Shown here: one piece after another, positions 11,101 through 25,240 of the stretch | Layout: every line of letters starts with the position of its first letter | Numbering within the stretch: position 1 is the stretch's first letter | Origin: Eledone cirrhosa | Taxonomy: Eukaryota | Length of the DNA: 64,000 bases | Assembly (NCBI GenBank): GCA_964016885.1 | Contig: OZ024747.1 | Coordinates: 42,904,001-42,968,000 of the forward strand | Reading direction: 5' to 3' | The notes under the pieces: model-generated | What the model saw: only the letters and a program-made list of their open reading frames with translations | Database searches by the model: none | What the model was told of the DNA's origin: nothing | Made by a program: the position numbers and the translations under genes

Positions 11101-14100
11101 AGCAGTGGTTCTAAATATGGGATAGGGAATAGTGGTTCTAAATATGGGATAGGGAATAGTGGTTCTAAATATGGGATAGGGAATAGTGTTTCTAAATCTG
11201 GGATAGGGAGTAGTGGTTCTAAATCTGGGATAGGGAGTAGTGGTTCTAAATCTGGGATAGGGAATAGTGGTTCTAAATCTGGGATAGAAGTACTGGTTCT
11301 AAATCTGGGATAGGTAGTAGTGGGTCTAAATCTGGGATAGGGAATACTGGTTCTAAATATGGGATAGGGAATACTGGTTCTAAATATGGGATAGGGAATA
11401 GTGGTTCTAAATATGGGATAGGGAATAGTGTTTCTAAATCTGGGATATGGAGTAGTGGTACTAAATCTGGGATAGGTAGTAGTGGTTCTAAATCTGGGAT
11501 AGGGAATAGTGGTTCTAAATCTGGGATAGGTAGTAGTGGTTCTAAATCTGGGATAGGGAATATTGGTTCTAAATCTGTGATAGGGAGTAGTGGTTCTAAA
11601 TCTGGGATATTGAATAGTGGTTCTAAATCTGGGCTAGGTAGTAGTGGTTCTAAATCTGGGATAGGGAGTACTGGTTCTAAATCTCGGATAGGGAGTAGTG
11701 GTTCTAAATCTGGGATAGGGAGTACTGGTTCTAAATCTGGGATAGGCAATAGTGGTCTCTAAATCTGGGATAGGGTATAGTGGTTCTAAATCTGGGATAG
11801 GGAGTACTGGTTCTAAATCTGGGACAGGGAGCAGAGGTTCTAAATCTGGGATAGGGAATAGTGGTCACTAAAGCTGGGATAGGGAATAGTGGTTCTAAAT
11901 ATGGGATAGGGAATAGTGGTTCTAAATCTGTGATAGTTAGTAGTGGTTCTAAATCTGGGTTAGGGAATAGTGGTCTCTAAATCTGATATAGGGAATAGTG
12001 GTTCTAAATCTGTGGTAGGGAATAGTGGTTCTAAATCTGTGATAGTTAGTAGTGGTTCTAAATCTTTGGTAGGGAATAGTGGTTCTTAATCTGTGATAGT
12101 TAGTAGTGGTTCTAAATCTGGGATAGGGAGTACTAATTCTAAATCTGGGATAGGTAGTAGTGGTACTAAATCTGGGATAGGGAATAGTGGTTCTAAATCT
12201 GGGATAGGTAGTTGTGGTACTAAATCTGGGATAGGGAATAGTGGTTATAAATCTGGGATAGCTAGTAGTGGTTCTAAATCTGGGATAGTGAGTAATGGTT
12301 CTAAATCTGGGATAGAGAGTACTGGTTCTAAATCTGGGATAGGGAATAGTGGTTCTAAATCTGGGATAGGGAATAGTGGTTATAAATCTGGGATAGGGAG
12401 TAGTGGTTCTAAATCTGGGATAGGGAATAGTGGTCTCTAAATCTGGAATAGGGAATAGTGGTTCTAAATCTGGGATAATGAGCACTGGTTCTAAATGTGG
12501 GACAGGGAGTAGTGGTTCTAAATCTGGGACAGGGAGTAGAGGTCTCTAAATCTGGAATAGGGAATAGTGGTTCTAAATCTGGGATAATGAGCACTGGTTC
12601 TAAATGTGGGACAGGGAGTAGTGGTTCTAAATCTGGGACAGGGAGTAGAGGTCTCTAACTCTGGGATAGGGAATAGTGGTTCTAAATATGGGGTAGGGAA
12701 TAGTGGTTCTAAATCTGTGATAGTTAGTAGTGGTTCTAAATCTGGGATAGGTAGTAGGGGTTCTAAATCTGGGATGGGTAGTAGTGGTTCTAAATCTGAG
12801 ATAGGGAGTACTGGTTCTATATCTGGGATATGCAATAGTGGTTCTAAATCTGAGATAGGAAATACTGGTTCTAAACCTGGGATAGGGAGCAGTGGTTCTA
12901 AATATGGGATAGGGAATAGTGGTTCTAAATATGGGATAGGGAATAGTGTTTCTAAATCTGGGATAGGGAGTAGTGGTTCTAAATCTGGGATAGGGAGTAG
13001 TGGTTCTAAATCTGGGATAGGGAATAGTGGTTCTAAATCTGGGATAGTAGTACTGGTTCTAAATCTGGGATAGGTAGTAGTGGGTCTAAATCTGGGATAG
13101 GGAATACTGGTTCTAAATCTGGGATATGGAGTAGTGGTACTAAATCTGGGATAGGTAGTAGTGGTTCTAAATCTGGGATAGAGAATAGTGGTTCTAAATC
13201 TGGGATAGGTAGTAGTGGTTCTAAATCTGGGATAGGGAATATTGGTTCTAAATCTGTGATAGGGAATAGTGGTTCTAAATCTGGGATATTGAATAGTGGT
13301 TCTAAATCTGGGCTAGGTAGTAGTGGTTCTAAACCTGGGCTAGGTAGTAGTGGTTCTAAATCTGGGATAGGGAGTACTGGTTCTAAATCTCGGATAGGGA
13401 GTAGTGGTTCTAAATCTGGGATAGGGAGTACTGGTTCTAAATCTGGGATAGGCAATAGTGGTCTCTAAATCTGGGATAGGGTATAGTGGTTCTAAATCTG
13501 GGATAGGGAGTACTGGTTCTAAATCTGGGACAGGGAGCAGAGGTTCTAAATCTGGGATAGGGAATAGTGGTCACTAAAGCTGGGATAGGGAATAGTGGTT
13601 CTAAATATGGGATAGGGAATAGTGGTTCTAAATCTGTGATAGTTAGTAGTGGTTCTAAATCTGGGTTAGGGAATAGTGGTCTCTAAATCTGATATAGGGA
13701 ATAGTGGTTCTAAATCTGTGGTAGGGAATAGTGGTTCTAAATCTGTGATAGTTAGTAGTGGTTCTAAATCTTTGGTAGGGAATAGTGGTTCTTAAACTGT
13801 GATAGTTAGTAGTGGTTCTAAATCTGGGATAGGGAGTACTAATTCTAAATCTGGGATAGGGAATAGTGGTTCTAAATCTGGGATAGGTAGTTGTGGTACT
13901 AAATCTGGGATAGGGAATAGTGGTTATAAATCTGGGATAGCTAGTAGTGGTTCTAAATCTGGGATAGTGAGTAATGGTTCTAAATCTGGGATAGAGAGTA
14001 CTGGTTCTAAATCTGGGATAGGGAATAGTGGTTCTAAATCTGGGATAGGGAATAGTGGTTATAAATCTGGGATAGGGAGTAGTGGTTCTAAATCTGGGAT

Positions 14101-17100
14101 AGGGAATAGTTGTTCTAAATCTGGGATAGGGAATAGTGGTTCTAAATCTGGGATAGGGAGTACTGGTTCTAAATCTTGGATAGGGAATAGTGGTCTCTAA
14201 ATCTGGAATAGGGAATAGTGGTTCTAAATGTGGGATAATGAGCACTGGTTCTAAATCTGGGACAGGGAGTAGTGGTTCTAAATCTGGGACAGGGAATAGA
14301 GGTCTCTAACTCTGGGATAGGGAATAGTGGTTCTACATATGGGGTAGGGAATAGTGGTTCTAAATCTGTGATAGTGAGTAGTGGTTCTAAATCTGGGATA
14401 GGTAGTAGGGGTTCTAAATCTGGGATGGGTAGTAGTGGTTCTAAATCTGTGATAGGTAGTAGTGGTTCTAAATCTGGGATAGGGAACAGTGGTTCTAAAT
14501 CTGGGATATGTAATAGTGGTTCTAAATCTGTGATAGGTAGTAGTGGTTCTAAATCTGGGATAGGGAATAGTGGTCTCTAAATCTGATATAGGGAATAGTG
14601 GTTCTAAATCTGGGGTAGGGAATAGTGGTTCTAAATCTTTGATAGTTAGTAGTGGTTCTAAATCTGGGACAGGGAGTATTAATTCTAAATCTGGGATAGG
14701 GAGAGTGGTTCTAAATCTGGTATTGTTTGTAGTGGTTCTAAATCTGGGATAGCTTGTAGTGGTTCTAAATCTGGGATAGGGAGTACTGGTTCTAAATCTG
14801 GGATAGGGAATAGTGGTTCAAAATCTGGGATAGGGAGTAGTGGTTCTAAATCTGAGATAGGGGTACTGGTTCTAAATCTGGGATAGGTAGTAGTGATTCT
14901 AAATCTGGGATAGGGAATATTGGTTCTAAATCTGTGAGAAGGAGTAGTGGTTCTAAATCTGGGCTAGGTAGTAGTGGTTCTAAATCTGGGACAGGGAGTA
15001 TTAATTCTAAATCTGGGATAGGGAGAGTGGTTCTAAATCTGGTATTGTTTGTAGTGGTTCTAAATCTGTGATAGTGAATAGTGGTTCTAAACCTGGGATA
15101 GGGAGTACTGGTTCTAAATCTGGGATATGGAGTAGTGGTACTAAATCTGGGATAAGTAGTAGTGGTTCTAAATCTGGGATAGGGAATAGTGGTTCTAAAT
15201 CTGGGATAGGTAGTAGTGGTTCTAAATGTGGGGTTGGGAGTAGTAACTATAAATCTGGGATAGGTAGTAGTGGTTCTAAATCTGGGATAGGGAGTAGTGA
15301 TTCCAAATCTAGGATAGGGAGTAGTGGTTCTAAATCTGGGATAGGGAGTACTGGTTCTAAATCTGGGATAGGGAGTACTGGTTCTAAATCTGGGCTAGGT
15401 AGTAGTGGTTCTAAATCTGGGATAGGGAGTACATGGTTCTAAATCTGGGCTGGGGAGTAGTGATTCCAAATCTAGGATAGGGAGTACTGGTTCTAAATCC
15501 CTGGATAGCTAGTAGTGGTTCTAAATCTGGGATAGGGAGTAGTGGTTCAAATCTGGGATAGGGAGTACTGGTTTTAAATCTGGGATAGGGAATAGTGGTT
15601 CTAAATCTGGGATAGGGAGTAGTGGTTCAAATCTGGAATAGGTAGTAGTGGTTCTAAATCTGGGATAGGGAACATTGGTTATAAATCTGGGATAGGGAAT
15701 ACTGGTTCTAAATCTGGGATAGGGAGTAGTGGTTCTAAATCTGGGATAGGTAGTAGTGTTTCTAAATCTGGGATAGGGAGTACTGGTTCTAAATCTGGGA
15801 TAGTGAATAGTGGTTCTAAATCTGGAATAGGTAGTAGTGGTCCTAATCTGAGATAGGGAGTAGTGGTTCTAAATCTGGGATAGGGAATATTGGTTCTATA
15901 TCTGGGATAGGTTGTAGTGGTTCTAAATCTGGGACAGGGAATAGTGGTTCTAACTCTGTGTTAGGGAGTAGTTATTCCAAATCTAGGATAGGGAGTACTG
16001 GTTCTAAATCTGCGATAGAGAATAGTGGTTCTAAATCTGGGATAGGGAGTAGTGGATCCAAATCTGAGATAGGGGTAGTGGTTCTAAATATGGGATAGTG
16101 AATAGTCGTTCTAAATCTGGGATAGGTAGTAGTGGTTCTAAATCTGAGATAGGGAGTACTGGTTCTATATCTGGGATATGCAATAGTGGTTCTAAATCTG
16201 AGATAGGAAATACTGGTTCTAAACCTGGGATAGGGAGCAGTGGTTCTAAATATGGGATATGGAATAGTGGTTCTAAATATGGGATAGGGAATAGTGGTTC
16301 TAAATCTGGGATAGGGAGTAGTGGTTCTAAATCTGGGATAGGGAGTAGTGGTTCTAAATCTGGGATAGGGAATAGTGGTTCTAAATCTGGGATAGGTAGT
16401 AGTGGTTCTAAATCTGGGATAGGGAATATTGGTTCTAAATCTGTGATAGGGAGTAGTGGTTCTAAATCTGGGATATTGAATAGTGGTTCTAAATCTGGGC
16501 TAGGTAGTAGTGGTTCTAAACCTGGGCTAGGTAGTAGTGGTTCTAAATCTGGGATAGGGAGTAGTAGTTCTAAATCTGGGATAGGGAATCGTGGTTCTAA
16601 ATCTGGGATACGGAGTAGTCGTTCTAAATCTGGGATAGGGAATAGTGGTCCTAAAGCTGGGCTAGGTAGTAGTGGTTCTAAACCTGGGCTAGGTAGTAGT
16701 GGTTCTAAATCTTGGATAGGGAGTAGTGGTTCTAAATCTGGGATAGGGAATAGTGGTTCTAAATCTGGGATAGGGAATAGTGGTTCTAAATCTGGGATAA
16801 GGAGTAGTGGTTCTAAATCTGGGATAGGGAATATTGGTTCTAAATCTGTGATAGGGAGTAGTGGTTCTAAATCTGGGATAGGGAATCGTGGTTCTAAATC
16901 TGGGATAGGGAGTAGTCGTTCTAAATCTGGGATAGGGAATAGTGGTCCTAAAGCTGGGCTAGGTAGTAGTGGTTCTAAACCTGGGCTAGGTAGTAGTCGT
17001 TCTAAATCTGGGATAGGGAATAGTGGTCCTAAACCTGGGCTAGGTAGTAGTGGTTCTAAACCTGGGCTAGGTAGTAGTGGTTCTAAATCTTGGATAGGGA

Positions 17101-19150
17101 GTAGTGGTTCCAAATCTGAGATAGGGGTAGTGGTTCTAAATATGGGATAGTGAATAGTCGTTCTAAATCTGGGATAGGTAGTAGTGGTTCTAAATCTGAG
17201 ATAGGGAGTACTGGTTCTATATCTGGGATATGCAATAGTGGTTCTAAATCTGAGATAGGAAATACTGGTTCTAAACCTGGGATAGGGAGCAGTGGTTCTA
17301 AATATGGGATAGTGAATAGTGGTTCTAAATATGGGATAGGGAATAGAGGTTCTAAATATGGGATAGGGAATAGTGTTTCTAAATCTGGGATAGGGAGTAG
17401 TGGTTCTAAATCTGGGATAGGGAGTAGTGGTTCTAAATCTGGGATAGGGAATAGTGGTTCTAAATCTGGGATAGTAGTACTGGTTCTAAATCTGGGATAG
17501 GTAGTAGTGGGTCTAAATCTGGGATAGGGAATACTGGTTCTAAATCTGGGATATGGAGTAGTGTTACTAAATCTGGGATAGGTAGTAGTGGTTCTAAATC
17601 TGGGATAGGGAATAGTGGTTCTAAATCTGGGATAGGTAGTAGTGGTTCTAAATCTGGGATAGGGAATATTGGTTCTAAATCTGTGATAGGGAGTAGTGGT
17701 TCTAAATCTGGGATATTGAATAGTGGTTCTAAATCTGGGCTAGGTAGTAGTGGTTCTAAACCTGGGCTAGGTAGTAGTGGTTCTAAATCTGGGATAGGGA
17801 GTACTGGTTCTAAATCTCGGATAGGGAGTAGTGGTTCTAAATCTGGGATAGGGAGTACTGGTTCTAAATCTGGGATAGGCAATAGTGGTCTCTAAATCTG
17901 GGATAGGGTATAGTGGTTCTAAATCTGGGATAGGGAGTACTGGTTCTAAATCTGGGACAGGGAGCAGAGGTTCTAAATCTGGGATAGGGAATAGTGGTCA
18001 CTAAAGCTGGGATAGGGAATAGTGGTTCTAAATATGGGATAGGGAATAGTGGTTCTAAATCTGTGATAGTTAGTAGTGGTTCTAAATCTGGGTTAGGGAA
18101 TAGTGGTCTCTAAATCTGATATAGGGAATAGTGGTTCTAAATCTGTGGTAGGGAATAGTGGTTCTAAATCTGTGATAGTTAGTAGTGGTTCTAAATCTTT
18201 GGTAGGGAATAGTGGTTCTTAATCTGTGATAGTTAGTAGTGGTTCTAAATCTGGGATAGGGAGTACTAATTCAAATCTGGGATAGGTAGTAGTGGTACTA
18301 AATCTGGGATAGGGAATAGTGGTTCTAAATCTGGGATAGGTAGTTGTGGTACTAAATCTGGGATAGGGAATAGTGGTTATAAATCTGGGATAGCTAGTAG
18401 TGGTTCTAAATCTGGGATAGTGAGTAATGGTTCTAAATCTGGGATAGAGAGTACTGGTTCTAAATCTGGGATAGGGAATAGTGGTTCTAAATCTGGGATA
18501 GGGAATAGTGGTTATAAATCTGGGATAGGGAGTAGTGGTTCTAAATCTGGGATAGGGAATAGTTGTTCTAAATCTGGGATAGGGAATAGTGGTTCCAAAT
18601 CTGGGATAGGGAGTACTGGTTCTAAATCTTGGATAGGGAATAGTGGTCTCTAAATCTGGAATAGGGAATAGTGGTTCTAAATCTGGGATAATGAGCACTG
18701 GTTCTAAATCTGGGACAGGGAGTAGTGGTTCTAAATCTGGGACAGGGAATAGAGGTCTCTAACTCTGGGATAGGGAATAGTGGTTCTAAATATGGGGTAG
18801 GGAATAGTGGTTCTAAATCTGTGATAGTTAGTAGTGGTTCTAAATCTGGGATAGGTAGTAGGGGTTCTAAATCTGGGATGGGTAGTAGTGGTTCTAAATC
18901 TGTGATAGGTAGTAGTGGTTCTAAATCTGGGATAGGGAACAGTGGTTCTAAATCTGGGATATGTAATAGTGGTTCTAAATCTGTGATAGGTAGTAGTGGT
19001 TCTAAATCTGGGATAGGGAATAGTGGTCTCTAAATCTGATATAGGGAATAGTGGTTCTAAATCTGGGGTAGGGAATAGTGGTTCTAAATCTTTGATAGTT
19101 AGTAGTGGTTCTAAATCTGGGACAGGGAGTATTAATTCTAAATCTGGGAT
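8200..19150 (+). repeat. Nested higher-order repeat block (about 4.45-kb unit twice, with internal 1.1-1.7-kb duplications)
   Basis: Diagnostic ATCCCTGGATAGCT at 9041 and 15497. MNSRSK ORF starts at 9804, 10963, 16098 and 17150. Matching ORFs 14272/18725 are offset by 4453. Matching minus ORF ends fall at 11749, 13455 and 17882. Confidence 0.85.
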
Positions 19151-19759
19151 AGGGAGTAGTCGTTCTGAATAGGGGATAGGGAGCAGGGATTCTAAATCTG
19201 GGCTAGGGAGTAGTGATTCCAAATCTAGGATAGGGATTACTGGTTCTAAATCTGGGATAGGCAGTAGTGGTTCTAAATCTGGGATAGGGAGTAGTGGTAC
19301 TAAATCTGGGATAGTTAGTAGTGGTTATAAATCTGGGATAGAGAATAGTGGTTCCAAATCTGGGATAGGGAGTAGTGGTTCTAAATGACGGATAGGGAGT
19401 AGGTTCTAAATTTGGGATAGGGAATAGTGGATCTAATTTTGGGATAGGGAATAGTGGTTCTAAATCTGGGATAGGGAATAGTGGTTCTAAATCTGGGATA
19501 GGGAGTAGTGATTCTAAATCTGTGATACGGAATAGTGGTTCTAAATCTGGGATAGGTAGTAGTGGTTCTAAATCGGGGATAGGGAGTACTGGTTCTAAAT
19601 CTGGGATAGGGAGTACTGGTTCTAAATCTGGGCTAGGGAGTAGTGATTTCCAAATCTAGGATAGGGAGTACTGGTTCTAAATCGGGGATAGGGAGTACTG
19701 GTTCTAAATCTGTTATAGGGAATAGTGGTTCTAAATCTGGGATAGGGAATAGTGATTCT

Positions 19760-21800
19760 AAATCTGGGATAGGGAGTACTTGTTCTAAATCAGGGATAGG
19801 GAATAGTGGTTCTAAATCTGGGATAGGGAGTACTTGTTCTAAATCAGGGATAGGGAATAGTGGTTCTAAATCTGGAATAGTGAATAGTGGTTGTAAATCT
19901 GGGATAGGGAGTACTGGGTCTAAATCTGGGATAGGGAGTAGTTGTTCTAAATCTGAGATAGGGAGTAGTGGTTCTAAATCTGGGATAGGTAGTAGTGGTT
20001 CTAAATCTGGTATAGGGAGTATTGGTTCTATATCTGGGATATGGAATAGTAGTTCAAAATCTGAGATAGGAAATACTGGTTCTAAACCTGGGATAGGGAA
20101 TAGTGGATCTAAATCTGGGATAGGGAGTACTGGTTCTAAATCTGGGTATGGGAGTACTAACTATAAATCTGGGATAGGTAGTAGTGGTTCTAAATCTGGG
20201 TATGGGAGTACTAACTATAAATCTGGGATAGGTAGTAGTGCTTCTAAATCTGGGTATGGGAGTACTAACTATAAATCTGGGATAGGTAGTAGTGGTTCTA
20301 AATCTGGGCTAGGTAGTAGTGGTTCTAAATCTGGGATAGGGAATAGTGGTTCTAAATCTGGGATAGGGAGTAGGGATTCTAAATCTGCGCTAGGGAGTAG
20401 TGATTCCAAATCTAGGATAGGGAGTACTGGTTCTAAATCTGTGATAGCTAGTAGTGGTTCTAAATCTGGGATAGGGAGTACTGGTTCTAAATTTGGGATA
20501 GGGAGTAGTGGTTCAAAATCTGGGATATGGAGTACTGGTTCTAAATCTGGGAGAGGGAATAGTGGTTCTAAATCTGGGATAGGGAATAGTGGTTGTAAAT
20601 CTGGGATAGGGAGTACTGGTTCTAAATCTGGGATAGGGAGTAGTGGTTCTAAATCTGGGATATGGAGTACTGGTTCTAAATCTGGGAGAGGGAATAGTGG
20701 TTCTAAATCTGGGATAGGGAATAGTGGTTCTAAATCTGGGATAGGGAGTACTTGTTCTAAATCAGGGATAGGGAATAGTGGTTCTAAATCTGGGATAGGG
20801 AGTACTTGTTCTAAATCAGGGATAGGGAATAGTGGTTCTAAATCTGGAATAGTGAATAGTGGTTGTAAATCTGGGATAGGGAGTACTGGGTCTAAATCTG
20901 GGATAGGGAGTAGTTGTTCTAAATCTGAGATTGGGAGTAGTGGTTCTAAATCTGGGATAGGTAGTAGTGGTTCTAAATCTGGTATAGGGAGTATCGGTTC
21001 TATATCTGGGATATGGAATAGTAGTTCAAAATCTGAGATAGGAAATACTGGTTCTAAACCTGGGATAGGGAATAGTGTATCTAAATCTGGGATAGGTAAT
21101 ACTGGTTCTAAATCTGGGTATGGGAGTACTAACTATAAATCTGGGATAGGTAGTAGTGGTTCTAAATCTGCGTATGGGAGTACTAACTATAAATCTGGGA
21201 TAGGTAGTAGTGCTTCTAAATCTGGGTATGGGAGTACTAACTATAAATCTGGGATAGGTAGTAGTGGTTCTAAATCTGGGTATGGGAGTACTAACTATAA
21301 ATCTGGGATAGGTAGTAGTGCTTCTAAATCTGGGTATGGGAGTACTAACTATAAATCTGGGATAGGTAGTAGTGGTTCTAAATCTGGGCTAGGTAGTAGT
21401 GGTTCTAAATCTGGGATAGGGAACAGTGGTTCTAAATCTGGGATAGGGAGTAGGGATTCTAAATCTGCGCTAGGGAGTAGTGATTCCAAATCTAGGATAG
21501 GGAGTACTGGTTCTAAATCTGTGATAGCTAGTAGTGGTTCTAAATCTGGGATAGGGAGTACTGGTTTTAAACTTGGGATAGGGAGTAGTGGTTCGAAATC
21601 TGGGATATGGAGTACTGGTTCTAAATCTGGGAGAGGGAATAGTGGTTCTAAATCTGGGATAGGGAATAGTGGTTGTAAATCTGGGATAGGGAGTACTGGT
21701 TCTAAATCTGGGATAGGGAGTAGTGGTTCTAAATCTGGGATATGGAGTACTGGTTCTAAATCTGGGAGAGGGAATAGTGGTTCTAAATCTGGGATAGGGA
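19760..21800 (+). repeat. About 1-kb tandem duplication within the array (36 versus 40 monomers)
   Basis: TACTTGTTCTAAATCAGGG at 19777 and 20749 (offset 972). GATTCCAAATCTAGG at 20402 and 21482 (offset 1080). The second copy has two extra GGGTATGGGAGTACTAACTAT dimers. Confidence 0.88.
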
Positions 21801-22189
21801 GTACTGGTTCTAAATCTGGGATAGGGAGTACTGGTTTAAATCTGGAATAGGGAATAGTGGTTCTAAATCTGGGATAGGGAATAGTGGTTCTAAATCTGGG
21901 ATAGGGAATAGTGGTTCTAAATCTGCGATAGGGAAAAGTAGTTCTAAATCTGGGATAGGGAGTAGTGGTTCTAAATCTGGGATAGGGAAAAGTAGTTCTA
22001 AATCTGGGATAGGGAGCAGTGGTTCTAAATCTGGGATAGGGAAAAGTAGTTCTAAATCTGGGATAGGGAATAGTGGTTCTAAATCTGGGATAGGGAAAAG
22101 TAGTTCTAAATCTGGGATACGGAATAGTGGTTCTAAATCTGTGATAGTTAGTAGTGGTTCTAAATCTGGTGTAGGTAGTAGTGGTTCTA

Positions 22190-25100
22190 AATCTGTGATA
22201 GGGAGTACTGGTTCTAAATCTGGTGTAGGTAGTAGTGGTTCTAAATCTGGGATATGGAGTAGTCGTTCTAAATCTGGGATAGGGAGTAGTGGTTCTAAAT
22301 CTGGGATATGGAGTAGTCGTTCTAAATCTGGGATAGGGAGTAGTGGTTCTAAATCTGGGATAGGTAGTAGTGGTTCTAAATCTGTGATAGGGAGTACTGG
22401 TTCTAAATCTGGTGTAGGTAGTAGTGGTTCTAAATCTGGGATATGGAGTAGTCGTTCTAAATCTGGGATAGGGAGTAGTGGTTCTAAATCTGGGATAGGT
22501 AGTAGTGGTTCTAAATCTGAGATAGGGAGTACTGGTTCTAAATCTGGGATAGGTAGTAGTGGTTCTAAATCTGGGATAGGGAGTATTGGTTCTAAACCGG
22601 GGACAGGGAGTAGTGGTTCTATATCTGGGATACGGAGTATTGGTTCTAAATCTGGGATAGGGAATAGTGGTTCTAAATCTGGGATACGGAGTATTGGTTC
22701 TAAATCTGTGATAGGGAGTAGTGGTTCTATATCTGGGATATGGAATAGTAGTTCTAAATCTGAGATAGGAAATACTGGTTCTAAACCTGGGATAGGGCGT
22801 ACTGGTTCTAAATCTGGAATAGGTAGTAGTGGTTATAAATCTGGGTTTGGGAGTAGTGGTTCTAAATCTGGGATAGGGAATAGTGGTTCTAAATATAGGA
22901 TAGGGAGTAGTGGTTCTAAATCTGGGATATGGAGTACAGGTTCTAAATCTGGGAGAGGGAATAGTGGTTTGAAATCTTGGATAGGCAGTAGTGGTTCTAA
23001 ATCTGGGATAGGGAGTAGTGGTTCTAAATCTGGGATAGGTAGTAGTGGTTCTAAATCTGGGATAGGGAGTACTGGTTTAAATCTGGGATAGGGAATAGTG
23101 GTTCTAAATCTGGGATAGGGAATAGTGGTTTTAAATCTGGGATAGGGAATAGTGGTTCTAAATCTGGGAGAGGGAATAGTGGTTCTGAATCTGGGATAGG
23201 GAATAGTGGTTCTAAATCTGGGATAGGGAATAGTGGTTCTTAATCTGGGATAGGGAATAGTGGTTGTAAATCTGGGATAGGGAATAGTGGTTCTAAATCT
23301 GGGAGAGGGAATAGTGGTTCTGAATCTGGGATAGGGAATAGTGGTTGTAAATCTGGGATAGGGAATAGTGGTTGTAAATCTGGGATAGGGAATAGAGGTT
23401 CTTAATCTGGGATAGGGAATAGTGGTTCTAAATCTGGGATAGGGAATAGTGGTTGTAAATCTGGGATAGGGAATAGTGGTTCTTAATCTGGGATAGGGAA
23501 TAGTGGTTCTAAATCTGGGATAGGGAATAGTGGTTGTAAATCTGGGATAGGGAATAGTGGTTCTTAATCTGGGATTGGGAATAGTGGTTCTAAATCTGGG
23601 AGAGGGAATAGTGGTTCTGAATCTGGGATAGGGAATAGTGGTTCTAAATCTGGGATAGGGAATAGTGGTTTTAAATCTGGGATAGGGAATAGTGGTTCTA
23701 AATCTGGGATATGGAGTAGTCGTTCTAAATCTGGTATAGGGAGTACTGGTTCTAAATCTGGTGTAGGTAGTAGTGGTTCTAAATCTGTGATAGGGAGTAC
23801 TGGTTCTAAAACTGGGATAGGTAGTAGTGGTTCTAAATCTGGGATATGGAGTAGTCCTTCTAAATCTGGGATAGGGAGTAGTGGTTCTAAATCTGGGATA
23901 GGTAGTAGTGGTTCTAAATCTGTGATAGGGAGTACTGGTTCTAAATCTGGTGTAGGTAGTAGTGGTTCTAAATCTGGGATATGGAGTAGTCGTTCTAAAT
24001 CTGGGATAGGGAGTAGTGGTTCTAAATCTGGGATAGGTAGTAGTGGTTCTAAATCTGAGATAGGGAGTACTGGTTCTAAATCTGGGATAGGTAGTAGTGG
24101 TTCTAAATCTGGGATAGGGAGTATTGGTTCTAAATCGGGGACAGGGAGTAGTGGTTCTATATCTGGGATACGGAGTATTGGTTCTAAATCTGGGATAGGG
24201 AATAGTGGTTCTAAATCTGGGATACGGAGTATTGGTTCTAAATCTGTGATAGGGAGTAGTGGTTCTATATCTGGGATATGGAATAGTAGTTCTAAATCTG
24301 AGATAGGAAATACTGGTTCTAAACCTGGGATAGGGCGTACTGGTTCTAAATCTGGAATAGGTAGTAGTGGTTATAAATCTGGGTTTGGGAGTAGTGGTTC
24401 TAAATCTGGGATAGGGAATAGTGGTTCTAAATATAGGATAGGGAGTAGTGGTTCTAAATCTGGGATATGGAGTACAGGTTCTAAATCTGGGAGAGGGAAT
24501 AGTGGTTTGAAATCTTGGATAGGCAGTAGTGGTTCTAAATCTGGGATAGGGAGTAGTGGTTCTAAATCTGGGATAGGTAGTAGTGGTTCTAAATCTGGGA
24601 TAGGGAGTACTGGTTTAAATCTGGGATAGGGAATAGTGGTTCTAAATCTGGGATAGGGAATAGTGGTTTTAAATCTGGGATAGGGAATAGTGGTTCTAAA
24701 TCTGGGAGAGGGAATAGTGGTTCTGAATCTGGGATAGGGAATAGTGGTTCTAAATCTGGGATAGGGAATAGTGGTTCTTAATCTGGGATAGGGAATAGTG
24801 GTTGTAAATCTGGGATAGGGAATAGTGGTTCTAAATCTGGGAGAGGGAATAGTGGTTCTGAATCTGGGATAGGGAATAGTGGTTGTAAATCTGGGATAGG
24901 GAATAGTGGTTGTAAATCTGGGATAGGGAATAGAGGTTCTTAATCTGGGATAGGGAATAGTGGTTCTAAATCTGGGATAGGGAATAGTGGTTGTAAATCT
25001 GGGATAGGGAATAGTGGTTCCTAATCTGGGATAGGGAATAGTGGTTCTAAATCTGGGATAGGGAATAGTGGTTGTAAATATGGGATAGGGAATAGTGGTT

Positions 25101-25240
25101 CTTAATCTGGGATAGGGAATAGTGGTTCTAAATCTGGGAGAGGGAATAGTGGTTCTGAATCTGGGATAGGGAATAGTGGTTCTAAATCTGGGATAGGGAA
25201 TAGTGGTTTTAAATCTGGGATAGGGAATAGTGGTTCTAAA
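22190..25240 (+). repeat. 1,538-bp tandem duplication within the array
   Basis: Near-identical ORFs end at 23091 and 24629 (offset 1538). Both are followed by the same run of GGGAATAGT-only monomers. Confidence 0.88.
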
